Assembly: GCA_963709905.1 (NCBI GenBank)
Contig: CAVPYI010000001.1
Location: 595,329-659,328 of the forward strand
From: an uncultured Gemmatimonadales bacterium
GTDB lineage: Bacteria > Gemmatimonadota > Gemmatimonadetes > Gemmatimonadales > GWC2-71-9
Length of the DNA stretch: 64,000 nt
Reading direction: 5' to 3'
Positions 21,348-31,525 of this stretch are shown here, piece by piece. Made by a program: the position numbers and the translations under genes. Positions within the stretch are counted from its first letter, which is position 1; each line of letters starts with the position of its first letter. A model generated the notes under the pieces. The model was not told where the DNA came from. It saw only the letters and a list, made by a program, of their open reading frames with translations, and made no database searches.

Positions 21348-22614
21348 GGACCCGGTGACTACGCCGCAGTCGATCGCGCCGCCGGCGCCGCGATCGGGGT
21401 GGGACCTCGATCAGGTACGGCGGGACTTCCCGATCCTCGAGACCCGGGTAGGCGGTCGGCCGCTGGTCTATCTGGACAACGCCGCCACCGCCCAGCGCCC
21501 GCAGCCGGTCATCGAGGCCGAGGCGGACTTCTCGCGGCGCGCCAACGCCAATGTGCATCGCGGGGTTCACACCCTCAGCCAGCGCGCGACCGAGGCGTAC
21601 GACGATGCGCGGGACCGGCTCCGCGCCTTCGTCAACGCGCCGGCTGCCTCCGAGGTGATCATCACCGGGGGCACCACGGCAGCGCTCAACCTGATCGCCC
21701 AGAGTTACGGGCGGCAGGTCCTGCGCCCAGGCGACGAGGTGGTGCTCACCGAGATGGAGCACCACTCGAACATCGTCCCGTGGCAGCTGGTGTCGGAAGC
21801 GACTGGCGCCCGGATCGTGGTAATCCCCGTGACCGACGCCGGAGAGCTGGATCTGGAAGCCACCGCGGCGCTCGTCGGACCCCGAACGCGGATCGTCTCG
21901 ATTGCCCACGTGTCGAACGTGCTCGGCACGATCAATCCGGTTCGGCGGATCGCCGACCTGGCCCATGGCGTCGGCGCCGTGCTGGTCGTGGATGGGGCCC
22001 AGGCGGTGCCGCATCTCAAGGTGGATGTCCAGGCGCTGGGGGTCGATTTCTACGTCGCCTCCGCCCACAAGATGTATGGGCCCACGGGGGTGGGGTTTCT
22101 GTTCGGCCGTCGGGAGCTGCTGGACGCCATGCCCCCCTGGCAGGGCGGGGGTGGGATGATCCGTAACGTGACGTTCGAGCAGACCACCTACGCCCCCGCC
22201 CCGGACCGGTTCGAGGCCGGTACCCCGCCGATCACCCAGGCAGTCGGATTCAGCGCCGCGGTCGGCTATCTCGACGGCCTGGACTGGGAGGCCGCCCATC
22301 GGCACGAATCGGAGCTGCTGGCCCGGGCGACCGACAAGGTATCCACGGTCTCCGGGGTCCGGCTCATCGGGACGGCGCGCGACAAGGTGAGCGTGCTGTC
22401 GTTTGTTCTGGAGGGGATCCATCCCCATGACGTGGGCACGGTGCTCGATCTGAGGGGCATCGCCGTGCGGGCCGGGCATCATTGCGCTCAGCCCCTGATG
22501 CGCCGATTCGGGCTGCATGGCACGGTGCGGGCATCCTTCGCCTTCTACAACTCGGCGGACGAGGTCGACCAGTTGGTCGAGGGCCTGCGCGAAGCGCGAA
22601 AGGTGTTCGGCTGA
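21334..22614 (+). CDS. sufS: cysteine desulfurase SufS (class V aminotransferase, group II)
   Basis: YLDNAATAQRP...ANVHRGVHTLS...AHKMYGPTGVG (PLP lysine)...RAGHHCAQPLM (catalytic Cys loop). The start could alternatively be the GTG at 21355. Confidence 0.95.
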   Translation: MATCEDPVTTPQSIAPPAPRSGWDLDQVRRDFPILETRVGGRPLVYLDNAATAQRPQPVIEAEADFSRRANANVHRGVHTLSQRATEAYDDARDRLRAFVNAPAASEVIITGGTTAALNLIAQSYGRQVLRPGDEVVLTEMEHHSNIVPWQLVSEATGARIVVIPVTDAGELDLEATAALVGPRTRIVSIAHVSNVLGTINPVRRIADLAHGVGAVLVVDGAQAVPHLKVDVQALGVDFYVASAHKMYGPTGVGFLFGRRELLDAMPPWQGGGGMIRNVTFEQTTYAPAPDRFEAGTPPITQAVGFSAAVGYLDGLDWEAAHRHESELLARATDKVSTVSGVRLIGTARDKVSVLSFVLEGIHPHDVGTVLDLRGIAVRAGHHCAQPLMRRFGLHGTVRASFAFYNSADEVDQLVEGLREARKVFG

Positions 22615-23072
22615 TGACCAGCGTAAGCGAGCTGTACCAGAGCCTTATCCTCGATCACAACCGCGCTCCCCGGAATTACCGGCCCATGCCGGAGGCGAAC
22701 CGGGAGGCGGAAGGGTACAACCCGCTCTGCGGCGATCAGCTCAAGGTCTGGCTCAAGCTCGATGGCGATCAGATCTCGGACGTCAGCTTTCAGGGGTCGG
22801 GTTGTGCCATCTCGAAGGCTTCGGCCTCGCTCATGACCATGGTCGTCAAGGGGAAGACCATCGGGGAAGCGTCCAGGATGTTCGAAAGCTTCCATCGGAT
22901 GGTGACGGGGCGGGGCGGGCCGGCCGACGATCTCCCGCCCAAGCTCGCGGTGTTCGCCGGGATCCGCGAGTATCCGGCCAGGGTAAAATGCGCCAGTCTC
23001 TCCTGGCACGCCCTCAAGGCCGCGCTGGAGGAGGCTGGGAAACCACAGATATCGACTGAAACGGGAGACTGA
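22614..23072 (+). CDS. sufU: SufU / IscU-like sulfur acceptor
   Basis: ATG at 22614 overlaps the sufS stop. LYQSLILDHNRAPRNYR...NPLCGDQL...GSGCAISKASASLM...ARVKCASLSW, with three conserved Cys in the SufE2/SufU pattern. Confidence 0.9.
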   Translation: MTSVSELYQSLILDHNRAPRNYRPMPEANREAEGYNPLCGDQLKVWLKLDGDQISDVSFQGSGCAISKASASLMTMVVKGKTIGEASRMFESFHRMVTGRGGPADDLPPKLAVFAGIREYPARVKCASLSWHALKAALEEAGKPQISTETGD

Positions 23073-23073
23073 A

Positions 23074-23505
23074 ATGCCTTACGATCCACGCCTCGTGCAG
23101 CCAATGCGCGACGAAATGACCGGCATGGGAGCCACGGAACTGCGGACCGTCGCGGAAGTCGACACGACGCTGGGCGACGCCCGGGGCAGCACGCTGGTGT
23201 TCGTCAATTCCGTCTGCGGCTGCGCGGCAGGTGGAGCCCGGCCTGCCCTGGCGCTCGCCTTGAAACACCCGAATCGGCCTCAGCAGGTGGTGACCGTCTT
23301 CGCCGGTCAGGACACCGATGCCGCCGCGCGGGCCCGCCAGTACTTCGCCGACTACGCGCCGAGCAGCCCGTCGATCGCTCTCCTGCGCGACGGCGAGGTG
23401 GTGCATTTCGTCCATCGCCACATGATCGAGGGTCACACGCCCCAGGATGTGGCCCGCGACCTCGTGGCGGCGTTCGACCAGTACTGCGCACCCTCACAGG
23501 TCTGA
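23074..23505 (+). CDS. bacilliredoxin-like (YphP/YqiW, DUF1094) thiol-disulfide protein
   Basis: 143 aa with the CGC redox motif in the family-typical context VFVNSVCGCAAGGARPA. Starts 1 nt after the sufU stop. Confidence 0.75.
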   Translation: MPYDPRLVQPMRDEMTGMGATELRTVAEVDTTLGDARGSTLVFVNSVCGCAAGGARPALALALKHPNRPQQVVTVFAGQDTDAAARARQYFADYAPSSPSIALLRDGEVVHFVHRHMIEGHTPQDVARDLVAAFDQYCAPSQV

Positions 23506-23515
23506 CGGCCGCGGC

Positions 23516-23815
23516 ATGTCCGGTCACGTCTTCCACCCAGGCCATTCCGAACTCCACGGCATCACCGTGCTGGTCGAAACGACGGGCGATGCCGTGTACG
23601 TCGGTCGGTATCATGAGGAGACGCCGGCGGGGGTGCTGCTTCATGGAGTCGCGGAACACCGGCCGTCCACGTCGGGACCGACTCGGCGCGAATTCGTGGA
23701 AAAGACGCTCAAGTTCGGGGTGAGGCCCGCCCGCGAACACCTGGTGATACCCCGTCAGGACGTCCGTTCGATCACCCGCCTCGTGGAGTGGGCCGCCCGG
23801 GCTGACAGCCCGTAA
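23516..23815 (+). CDS. hypothetical protein (99 aa), last gene of the suf cluster
   Basis: ATG at 23516 within ORF 23447..23815 gives MSGHVFHPGHSELHGITVLVETTGDAVYVGRYHEETPAGVLLHGVAEH... No family recognised. Confidence 0.5.
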   Translation: MSGHVFHPGHSELHGITVLVETTGDAVYVGRYHEETPAGVLLHGVAEHRPSTSGPTRREFVEKTLKFGVRPAREHLVIPRQDVRSITRLVEWAARADSP

Positions 23816-23859
23816 TCGTCCTCGAATCGCGGCTCACCCCTTCCGCATCTCATCCCGAC

Positions 23860-24075
23860 TCAGGGCCACACCTGCTCACCTTCATCGTCGATGAGGGTGA
23901 TCGCGTCGACCGGGCAGGCCCTGGCGGCCAGCAGAATGCGCCTGCTCTTTGCCCCCTCCGGGTCGAGCACGACGTAAATATCCTGTTCGTCGAGTTCGAA
24001 CACCTCAGGCGCCAGGGACACACACCGTGCGTTGCTCTCGCAGAGCTCCGGGTTGACGATGATCCGGTAGGGCAT
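23860..24075 (-). CDS. small single-cluster ferredoxin
   Basis: ATG at 24075 within ORF 23860..24255 gives MPYRIIVNPELCESNARCVSLAPEVFELDEQD...ARACPVDAITLID. This is the CxxxxxC...CP pattern of 3Fe-4S/4Fe-4S ferredoxins of the P450-partner type. Confidence 0.8.
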   Translation of the reverse strand: MPYRIIVNPELCESNARCVSLAPEVFELDEQDIYVVLDPEGAKSRRILLAARACPVDAITLIDDEGEQVWP

Positions 24076-24342
24076 CGGGGTTGATTCGCCGGCGACTCCC
24101 CACTTACCAGCGGACCCGCGATTGAGCAAGACTTGTTGGGCAGGACAAGTATGCTTGACATCAGGCAGGGCAAGCCGCAACCTACGAGCTTCCGGACCCA
24201 CCGCCTGCCTGGTGGTCAGCTGACGGTCGGGCGTTGCAAGCAGGGGATTCTCCATGTCGCTGACCGGGCTCCGCCTTCAACTCGATCTGACCGCTGGTCG
24301 GGCCGGTCTTGCCGGTCCGGCCCCGACTCGAAACCCGCGTCC

Positions 24343-24537
24343 ATGAAGGGCCGTCTTCGGGAGCTGCGTGCCGAACGGGGCTGGTCTCAGGGAGAGTTGG
24401 CGGAACGTCTCGGGGTGTCGCGACAGACGGTCAACTCGATCGAGACCGGCAAGTACGATCCCAGTCTGCCACTGGCCTTCGAAATCGGCAGGCTGTTCGG
24501 GCGACGAATCGAGGACATCTTTACCCCCGAGCGCTGA
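24343..24537 (+). CDS. XRE-family short HTH regulator
   Basis: ATG at 24343 gives MKGRLRELRAERGWSQGELAERLGVSRQTVNSIETGKYDPSLPLAFEIGRLFGRRIEDIF, a Cro/C1 HTH. Confidence 0.85.
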   Translation: MKGRLRELRAERGWSQGELAERLGVSRQTVNSIETGKYDPSLPLAFEIGRLFGRRIEDIFTPER

Positions 24538-24592
24538 CGCGCATCGCAACCTCATCCGCGGGCACCGCGCCTACCCACTCCCGAAGGACGCC

Positions 24593-25546
24593 ATGAGCAC
24601 CATGGTCATTACTGTCGACCGTGTGACCAAGCGCTACGCCGGGCACACCGCAGTCCAGAGTCTTTCCCTGTCGGTTCCCCAGGGTGGCATCTTCGGCCTC
24701 CTGGGTCCCAACGGGGCCGGAAAGACCACCACAATCCGAATGCTGCTGAGCATCATCACGCCGGACGAAGGGTCGATCACTCTGTTCGGGCAGGAGGCCA
24801 CCGGCCGTCAGCTCTCCGCCCGAATCGGGTACCTGCCCGAGGAGCGCGGGCTGTACCCCAAGATGAAAGTCCTGGATCAGCTGGCCTTCCTGGGCGAGGC
24901 CAAGGGGTTGTCCCGCTGGGACGCCCGGAATCGTGCCCGGGCGTGGCTGGAGCGCCTGGGTCTGAACGACTGGGGCCTGCGCAGGGTCTCGGATCTTTCG
25001 AAGGGGATGCAGCAGAAGGTCCAGTTCGCGGGGGCCCTGCAGCACGACCCGGAGCTGGTAGTCCTTGACGAGCCGTTTGCCGGGCTCGATCCGGTGAACA
25101 GCCAGGTCATGCGTGACGTCGTGGTTGAATTCGCCCGGAGCGGGCGTACAGTGCTGTTCTCGACTCACATCATGGAACAGGCGGAGAAGATGTGCGACCG
25201 GATCGCGATCATCGCCCGGGGACAGAAGATCGTCGATGGTACCATGTCCCAGGTCAAGCGCGAGGCCGGCGGGAGCCACGTGGCGCTGAGTTTTTCGCGG
25301 AATGCCTCGAACGCGGGACCCGTATTGGCCGATCGATCGCTGGTCGCCAGCGTTGACGATGCGGGGGCGAGCGCCGAAGTCGGGCTGGCGGCCGGTGCCG
25401 ATGCCGAACGGCTGCTTCGAGCCCTGATTGCCGCCGACGTGGGCCTGGCCCGATTCGAGGTGGTGGAACCCTCGCTGCAGTCGATCTTCATTTCGAAGGT
25501 CGGCCTGGATGCCGCCCGGCCCGATGCCCGTCAGGAGGTGGCATGA
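24593..25546 (+). CDS. ABC transporter ATP-binding protein (ABC-2/NatA-like exporter)
   Basis: ATG at 24593 within ORF 24368..25546. Walker A GPNGAGKTT, signature LSKGMQQK, Walker B LVVLDEPFAGLD. Confidence 0.9.
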   Translation: MSTMVITVDRVTKRYAGHTAVQSLSLSVPQGGIFGLLGPNGAGKTTTIRMLLSIITPDEGSITLFGQEATGRQLSARIGYLPEERGLYPKMKVLDQLAFLGEAKGLSRWDARNRARAWLERLGLNDWGLRRVSDLSKGMQQKVQFAGALQHDPELVVLDEPFAGLDPVNSQVMRDVVVEFARSGRTVLFSTHIMEQAEKMCDRIAIIARGQKIVDGTMSQVKREAGGSHVALSFSRNASNAGPVLADRSLVASVDDAGASAEVGLAAGADAERLLRALIAADVGLARFEVVEPSLQSIFISKVGLDAARPDARQEVA

Positions 25547-26859
25547 ACAAGGTCTTCGCGGTCATCCGCCGGGAGTTCCTCGAGCGGGTCCGGACCAAGT
25601 CATTCCTGATCGGCACCGTCCTCGTTCCGGCCATTTTCGCCGCGCTGGCCGTGCTGCCGGAACTTCTCATCAAGCGGGAAACCCGCACCCGTGGTGTCGT
25701 GGTGCTCAACGCCGCCGCCGGCGACATAGCCGCCCGGATCGATACCGCGCTGGGGCAGCAGCGGATCGGGCCCGACTCGATTCCCCGCTACACCGTCACC
25801 CTCATTCCGGCGGCCGGGCGGGTGGATGCTCTCCGGGACTCGATCGTCGACCAGATCGGTCGGCGGGAGGGATCGGCGAACGCGCCCGACGGGGTAATCG
25901 TCCTGACCGACGAAGGCGTGGAAACCGGTAACGTCACCTACCTGGGCTCCGATGTCACCAGTTTCCGCAATGTCAGCAGGCTGGAGGGCACACTCGAGCC
26001 CCTGCTGCGGCAAGAACGGCTGGCCCGACGGAACGCCGACTCGGCCCTCCAGGCAGCCGCGGCCGTCAGGCTCCGGCTGCAGACCCAGAAAGTGACCGAG
26101 GGCAAGGTGACCGGCGAAAGCGGCGAGACCTCGTTCCTGCTGGCCTACGCCGTCGACATGTTCATGTACGTCTCGCTCCTCCTGTACGGCGTGCAGGTCT
26201 TGAGTTCCGTCATCGAAGAGAAGACCAACCGCATCGTCGAGGTGCTGATTTCGAGCCTGTCTCCGTTCGAACTCCTGCTCGGCAAAGTCCTCGGCGTAGG
26301 GGCGGTCGGACTGCTCCAGTTGAGTATCTGGGCCGGGACCGGGTTCTACATCGCCGGAATGCTCAGCTCGCGATCGGCCGGTGACGCCGGAGTCGTGGGG
26401 CCGGAGGCTGCCCAGGCGGGACTGCAGATGCCGAACATCACGCCGGATCTGGTCGGCGTCGTCCTGTTGTTCTTCCTGCTGGGCTTCTTCCTGTACGCCG
26501 GGTTGTATGCCGCGGTAGGGTCGATGTGCAGCACGCAGCAGGAGGCCCAGCAGACTGCCACCCCGGTGACCATGATCATCGTGATTGGAATGATCTTCAT
26601 GTTCTCGCTGGTGAACGAACCCTCGGGCAGTCTGGCGACAGTCATGACGTTCATCCCGTTCTTCACTCCCCTGGTCGTACCGGTGCGGTACGCGATCTCC
26701 CCCCTGCCGATCGGAGAAGTCCTGCTCGGCGTGGCGGTCATGATCCTGGGGATCCTCGCGGTGGTCTGGGTCGGTGCCCGGATCTATCGAGTCGGCATCC
26801 TCTCCTACGGGAAGAAACCGAGCCTGCGGGAGTTGTGGCGATGGCTGCGAACGTCCTGA
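25543..26859 (+). CDS. ABC-2 family permease (NatB-like)
   Basis: 438 aa. An N-terminal TM helix, a large extracytoplasmic loop and then five or more TM helices. Its start overlaps the ATPase stop (ATGA). Confidence 0.85.
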   Translation: MNKVFAVIRREFLERVRTKSFLIGTVLVPAIFAALAVLPELLIKRETRTRGVVVLNAAAGDIAARIDTALGQQRIGPDSIPRYTVTLIPAAGRVDALRDSIVDQIGRREGSANAPDGVIVLTDEGVETGNVTYLGSDVTSFRNVSRLEGTLEPLLRQERLARRNADSALQAAAAVRLRLQTQKVTEGKVTGESGETSFLLAYAVDMFMYVSLLLYGVQVLSSVIEEKTNRIVEVLISSLSPFELLLGKVLGVGAVGLLQLSIWAGTGFYIAGMLSSRSAGDAGVVGPEAAQAGLQMPNITPDLVGVVLLFFLLGFFLYAGLYAAVGSMCSTQQEAQQTATPVTMIIVIGMIFMFSLVNEPSGSLATVMTFIPFFTPLVVPVRYAISPLPIGEVLLGVAVMILGILAVVWVGARIYRVGILSYGKKPSLRELWRWLRTS

Positions 26860-26958
26860 TCCCGGCGGTGTAGGCCCGGCCTGCCAGGGCGGGGGATCGG
26901 CCAGCCGCCGGTTCCCCGCCGCTCCCCTTCCGCCATCCTCCCCAGTAGCTTGGCTGGC

Positions 26959-28836
26959 ATGCTTCACTACGACGTCATCGTCATCGGGGGCGGCCACGCC
27001 GGCGCCGAGGCCGCCAGCGCTGCGGCTCGCATCGGGGCTCGCACACTCCTGCTCACTCAGAACCTGGAAACGATCGGGCAGATGTCCTGCAATCCCGCCA
27101 TCGGGGGCGTCGCGAAGGGCACGGTCGTTCGGGAGGTCGATGCACTGGGCGGGATCATGGGGCGGGCGACGGATCGGGCCCGGATTCAGTTCCGGATGCT
27201 CAATCGTTCGAAGGGCCCCGCAGTCTGGTCCCCCAGGGCGCAGTGCGACCGGGGCCTCTACCGCCGAGCGGTTCGGACGCTGCTGGAGCGCCAGCCCGGG
27301 CTTGAATTCGCACAGGGTACTGTGTCAGGCATCTCAATCTGGGTGGCGCTGTGAGTGGCGTGACCACCCTGGAGGGACGTCAGTTCACCGCCCGTCGCGT
27401 GGTTGTGACGGCGGGGACGTTCCTCCGGGGCCGGATTCATATGGGCCTGTCGACCCAGATTCCGGCTGGACGGGCCGGCGATCCACCGTCCGGCGAGCTA
27501 TCGCAAGTCTTTGAGGCATATGGACTTACAGTCGAACGCTTCAAGACTGGTACGCCGCCGCGGATCGATGGCCGCAGCATCGATCTTCGGCGGTTCGAGC
27601 GGCAGGATGGTGATTCGGATCCGTATTGGTTCTCGTATCACGAACGCGCACTCCTCCTGACCCAGCTGCCCTGCTACCTGGGCTGGGCCGGGACCGAGGT
27701 ACGGGCCGTGATTGAGCAGAACCTCGGGGAGTCGGCACTGTACGGCGGCGCCATCAGCGGTCGGGGGCCGCGATACTGCCCTTCAATCGAAGACAAGATC
27801 GTCAAGTTCCGGGACGCCGAGCGGCATCAGATCTTCCTGGAGCCCGAAGGGACTCGACACCGCGGAAATGTACGTAAACGGGCTGTCGACGTCCCTTCCG
27901 GTTTCAGGTTCAGGAATCGATGCTCCGCGCGGTTCCGGGCCTGGAGTCGGTGCGGATGACGCGGGCGGGCTATGCCATCGAGTATGACTACTTCCCGCCG
28001 ACTCAGCTCAGCGCCACTCTGGAGGTCGAAAGGCGTTCAGGGCCTGTACCTCGCTGGTCAGGTGAACGGAACCACCGGCTACGAGGAGGCCGCCGGTCAG
28101 GGCCTGATGGCAGGAGCGAACGCGGCGCTGTCGGCGCTGGATCGAGAGCCGCTACTTCTCCGGCGTGACGAAGCAATGATCGGCGTGTTGGTCGATGATC
28201 TGGTTACCAAGGGAGTGGACGAGCCCTATCGGCTGTTCACTTCGCGGGCGGAGTACCGGCTCCTGCTGCGGCAGGACAACGCGCTTCGTCGGCTGCTGCC
28301 CGTAGCCGAACGCCTGGGGCTCCTGAGCGGGCCGGAGCGCGGGGCGGCGGAGGCCAGGCTCCGAGAGGAAGAGGCCCTGCGTCAGTATTCCGAGGAGACG
28401 GCCATCGCCCCGAGCTTGGCGAATCCCTTGCTCGAGGGGGCGGGTGCGCAGGCGATCGGTGAGCCGGTGCGGATCTCCGAGCTGGTCCGTCGCCCCGGAG
28501 TTCGCCTGGCTGAGCTGCTGAGAGTGGTCTCGTGGGAGGGCGATGCGGCGCTGGCCGACTGGGCCGACATTGAATTCAAGTACGAGGGGTATCTCCTGCG
28601 CGAGCGCGAGGCGGCCGCTCGCCTGAGTTCGATGGAGGATTTCAAACTGACCGGTCGACCTCCCATACATGGGCTTCGCCTCCCTTTCCTTCGAGGCCAG
28701 GGAGAAGCTCTCAGCCCTGCGCCCGGAGTCACTCGGCCGGGCCGGTCGGATCCCGGGCGTGTCGCCCAGCGACCTCCAGAACCTGGTTCTCGAGGTGCTG
28801 AAGTGGCGCCGAAACCGGGAGGTTTGCCTGGCCTAG
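26959..28836 (+). pseudogene. mnmG: tRNA uridine-5-carboxymethylaminomethyl modification enzyme MnmG (GidA), reading frame broken at least 5 times
   Basis: Fragments in different frames:
- ORF 26950..27354: [16 protein letters not shown]...MSCNPAIGG
- ORF 27351..27959: VVVTAGTFLRG...GPRYCPSIEDKIVKF...FLEPEG
- ORF 27712..27987: [17 protein letters not shown]
- ORF 27920..28168: [19 protein letters not shown]
- ORF 27972..29195: [21 protein letters not shown]...[15 protein letters not shown]
My translation of a further frame gives [39 protein letters not shown], ending at TAG 28834-28836. Confidence 0.9.
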
Positions 28837-28840
28837 GAGG

Positions 28841-28856
28841 TGTTTCACGTGAAACA
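28841..28856. other. parS centromere-like site (perfect consensus)
   Basis: TGTTTCACGTGAAACA is a 16-bp perfect palindrome identical to the widely conserved parS consensus. It lies 5 nt after the mnmG stop and 145 nt before parA. Confidence 0.9.
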
Positions 28857-29001
28857 TCCCGGTTCGATCGCCGGGTTCCAGCCGATTCGCTGTTTCGCTA
28901 TCGAGTCGATGGCCCTTATATTCCGCCAACCGTCGAGCCCCCCGCGTGCATTATTCCGCATGTTTTCGACGTCAAGTTTTTATATAACAATATCTTAAAA
29001 A

Positions 29002-29841
29002 ATGGCAAGAGTCATCGCGATCGCGAACCAGAAGGGCGGCGTCGGGAAGACGACCACGGCCGTCAACCTCGCGGCTTCACTGGCAATCGCGGAGCGAAAG
29101 ACGCTCCTGGTGGACGCCGACCCGCAGGGGAATGCCACCAGCGGCGATCGGGCTCAGGAAGGACCAGCTGCGTTACGCGCTCTATGATGTGCTGATCGAA
29201 GGACGTCCCGCCAAGGATGTGCTGGTCAACGACACGACCCTTCCCTACCTGGACATTCTCCCGGCGACTCAGGACCTGGTCGGGGCGGAACTCGAGCTGG
29301 TGGAACGCACCGGCCGCGAAGGCGTGATGCGGCGAGCGCTCGAAGGCGTGCGGGACTCCTATGAGTTCATTCTGATTGACTGCCCACCGTCGCTGGGGCT
29401 GATCACGCTGAACGTCCTGGCCGCGGCGGACGGCGTGCTCATTCCCATCCAGTGCGAGTACTACGCGCTCGAGGGCATTTCGCAGCTGTTGAACACCATC
29501 AAGCTCGTCCAGCAGAACTTCAACCCGCAGCTCGCGATCGACGGCGTGCTGCTCACGATGTACGACTCGCGGGTCAACCTGTGCCGTCAGGTGGCCGCCG
29601 ACGCCAAGGAGTACTTCGGCGCCCGGATGTTCCCGACCGTCATCCCGCGGAATGTCCGGCTGGCCGAAGCGCCCAGTTTCGGGAAGCCGATCCTCCTGTA
29701 TGACGTCCAGTCGGTGGGCGCCAAGAGCTACCTCTCGGTGGCCCAGGAGCTGGTACGCCGGGTGGAGGGCGGGACGCGCGCGGAGGGGCCACGCTCCCCA
29801 GGGAACCGCGAGTGCCGGCGACCAGCCTCGAGGGAGAGTAG
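29002..29841 (+). pseudogene. parA: chromosome partitioning ATPase ParA (Soj), frameshifted
   Basis: ORF 29002..29187 gives [28 protein letters not shown]...[11 protein letters not shown]. Reading continues in ORF 29132..30184 as [16 protein letters not shown]...ILIDCPPSLGLITLNVLAAADGVLIPIQCEYYALEG. One shift near 29145 is certain. A second near 29790 is inferred, because the original frame terminates at TAG 29839-29841 just before parB. Confidence 0.85.
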
Positions 29842-29849
29842 ACCGAGGC

Positions 29850-30725
29850 ATGAGCGAGACCAAACGCCTGGGCCGCGGCCTCGAGGCCCTGCTGGGGCCG
29901 ATCTCCCGGCAGGAGGCGGAAGCGAGCGGGTCGCTGCAGGAGCTGCCGGTCGCGAACATCCTGCCCAACCCGTACCAGCCGCGATCCAAGCTGGACGAGC
30001 CGCAGTTTTCGGAGCTGGTCGCCTCGCTCGAAACGACGGGGCTGCTGCAGCCGATCGTCGTCCGGAAACATCTCGACGGCTACCAGCTGATTGCCGGCGA
30101 GCGCCGCTGGCGCGCCGCGCATCAAGCTCGGGTGGCAGAAGATCGCCGCGGTCATCAAGGAAGCGGATGACCGCACCCTCCTGACCCTGGCCCTGGTCGA
30201 GAACCTCCAGCGCGACAATCTCTCCGCCATCGAGGAGGCCACCAGCTATCAGCGCCTGCTCGACGAGTTCCAGCTCTCACCAGGCGGATGTGGCCCGACT
30301 GGTCGGCCGCAATCGCTCCACGATTGCCAACGCCCTCCGGCTCCTCAAGCTGCCCCTCGAGGTGTCGGAAATGGTGGACGACGGACGGCTCTCGGAGGGC
30401 CACGCCCGCGCGCTGCTGGGTCTCACCGACCGGAGCCAGATCTCGCGTCTGGCCGCAGCGGGCCGCGGAGCAGGGCTGGTCTGTGCGCGATCTCGAGTCC
30501 AAAGGTGCGCTCCGGCCGGCCAGCCGGCTCTCGCAAGGAACCGGTACGCCAGCTGTCCCCGGCGCACCGCCGGGTCGAGGACAGCCTGCGCAAGCGGCTC
30601 GGCACGGACGTGCAAGGTCACCGCACGCCGTCGGGGCACGGGGCCAGGTCGCGGTCAGCTACTACTCGGAGGAGGATCTCGCCCGGATTCTGGAATTGAT
30701 TCTGGGCGAACCGTTCCGCGGATGA
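29850..30725 (+). pseudogene. parB: chromosome partitioning protein ParB (Spo0J), frame broken at least 6 times
   Basis: Pieces alternate among three frames: MSETKRLGRGLEALLG...IAGERRWRAA / LGWQKIAAVIKEADDRTLLTLALVENLQRDNLSAIEEATSYQRLLDEFQLS / ARLVGRNRSTIANALRLLKLPLEVSEMVDDGRLSEGHARALLGL / AEQGWSVRDLE / RRVEDSLRKRLGTDVQ / VAVSYYSEEDLARILELILGEPFRG-stop at 30725. Confidence 0.85.
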
Positions 30726-31525
30726 CCGGCGCGCCACGTCACGATCGTCGTCCACGCCGACGGGTCGCTGACCAGTCGCACCGTCCGGGTTCCCCGCTGG
30801 GCTGTTCCGGAGCCTGATCGCCGGGGCGATCGGTCTCGCGGCCCTGATTCTGCTTGGCCATGGCCCTCTACCTCCCCATCGCGGCCGGAGCCGCGCGGGT
30901 TCCAGGGCTGGTCCGGGAGGTGGAACGGCTCGAGGCGGAGAACCGGAAGATCGGGGAACTGGTCGCTGCCCTCGACAGCGCCGAGCGGCGATACGACCGG
31001 ATTCGTGCGATGCTCGGCGCGGACATCGTCCCTGACCCAGTCCAGCTCGCGGCCACGCTCCCTGTCGCGCCGGCGATTCGGGCGCGACTGGCCGGCTCCG
31101 GCAGGCGACCCGGAGCCGGACCATCCGAACCGCGCCACTGGCCGCTGGACGATGCCGGGTATGTGACGCGCGGCCAGGCGGCGGCGGGGCCCGGGGGCAA
31201 TACTGGCGTAGAGGTACATCCCGGCGTCGACATCGCGGTGCCTCCCGGCAGCCCGGTCCGCGCGGCCGGCGGGGGCACGGTGCTGCAATCCGGCCAGGAA
31301 GCCGAGTACGGCCTGTTCGTCCTGATAGAACATCCCGGTGGTTACCAGACCATGTATGGACACCTGAGCCGCGTCACCGTAGCCGCCGGTCAGGCGGTCG
31401 ACGCACGCCAGGTGGTCGGTTTGTCAGGCAACACCGGGCGGTCGAGTGCGCCTCATCTCCATTTCGAGATCCGCCGCGACGGTCAGGCGATTGATCCCCA
31501 CACCATGGTCAAGGAGCAGAGCTGA
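30722..31525 (+). pseudogene. M23 (LytM-type) metallopeptidase, N-terminal region frameshifted about 3 times; C-terminal 223 aa intact (ORF 30854..31525)
   Basis: ATG at 30722 overlaps the parB stop (ATGA). The N-terminal pieces MTGAPRH / VTIVVHADGSLTSRTVRVPRWAV / LIAGAIGLAALILLG lie in different frames. The catalytic domain has HPGVDIAVPPGSPV...GNTGRSSAPHLHFEIR. Confidence 0.8.

Noticed and set aside
28925-29001. AT-rich stretch upstream of parA as a replication origin (oriC).
   Set aside because: I could not find convincing DnaA boxes (TTATCCACA or one-mismatch variants) or a DUE-like repeat set, and dnaA/dnaN are not in the window. It is more simply the parA promoter region.
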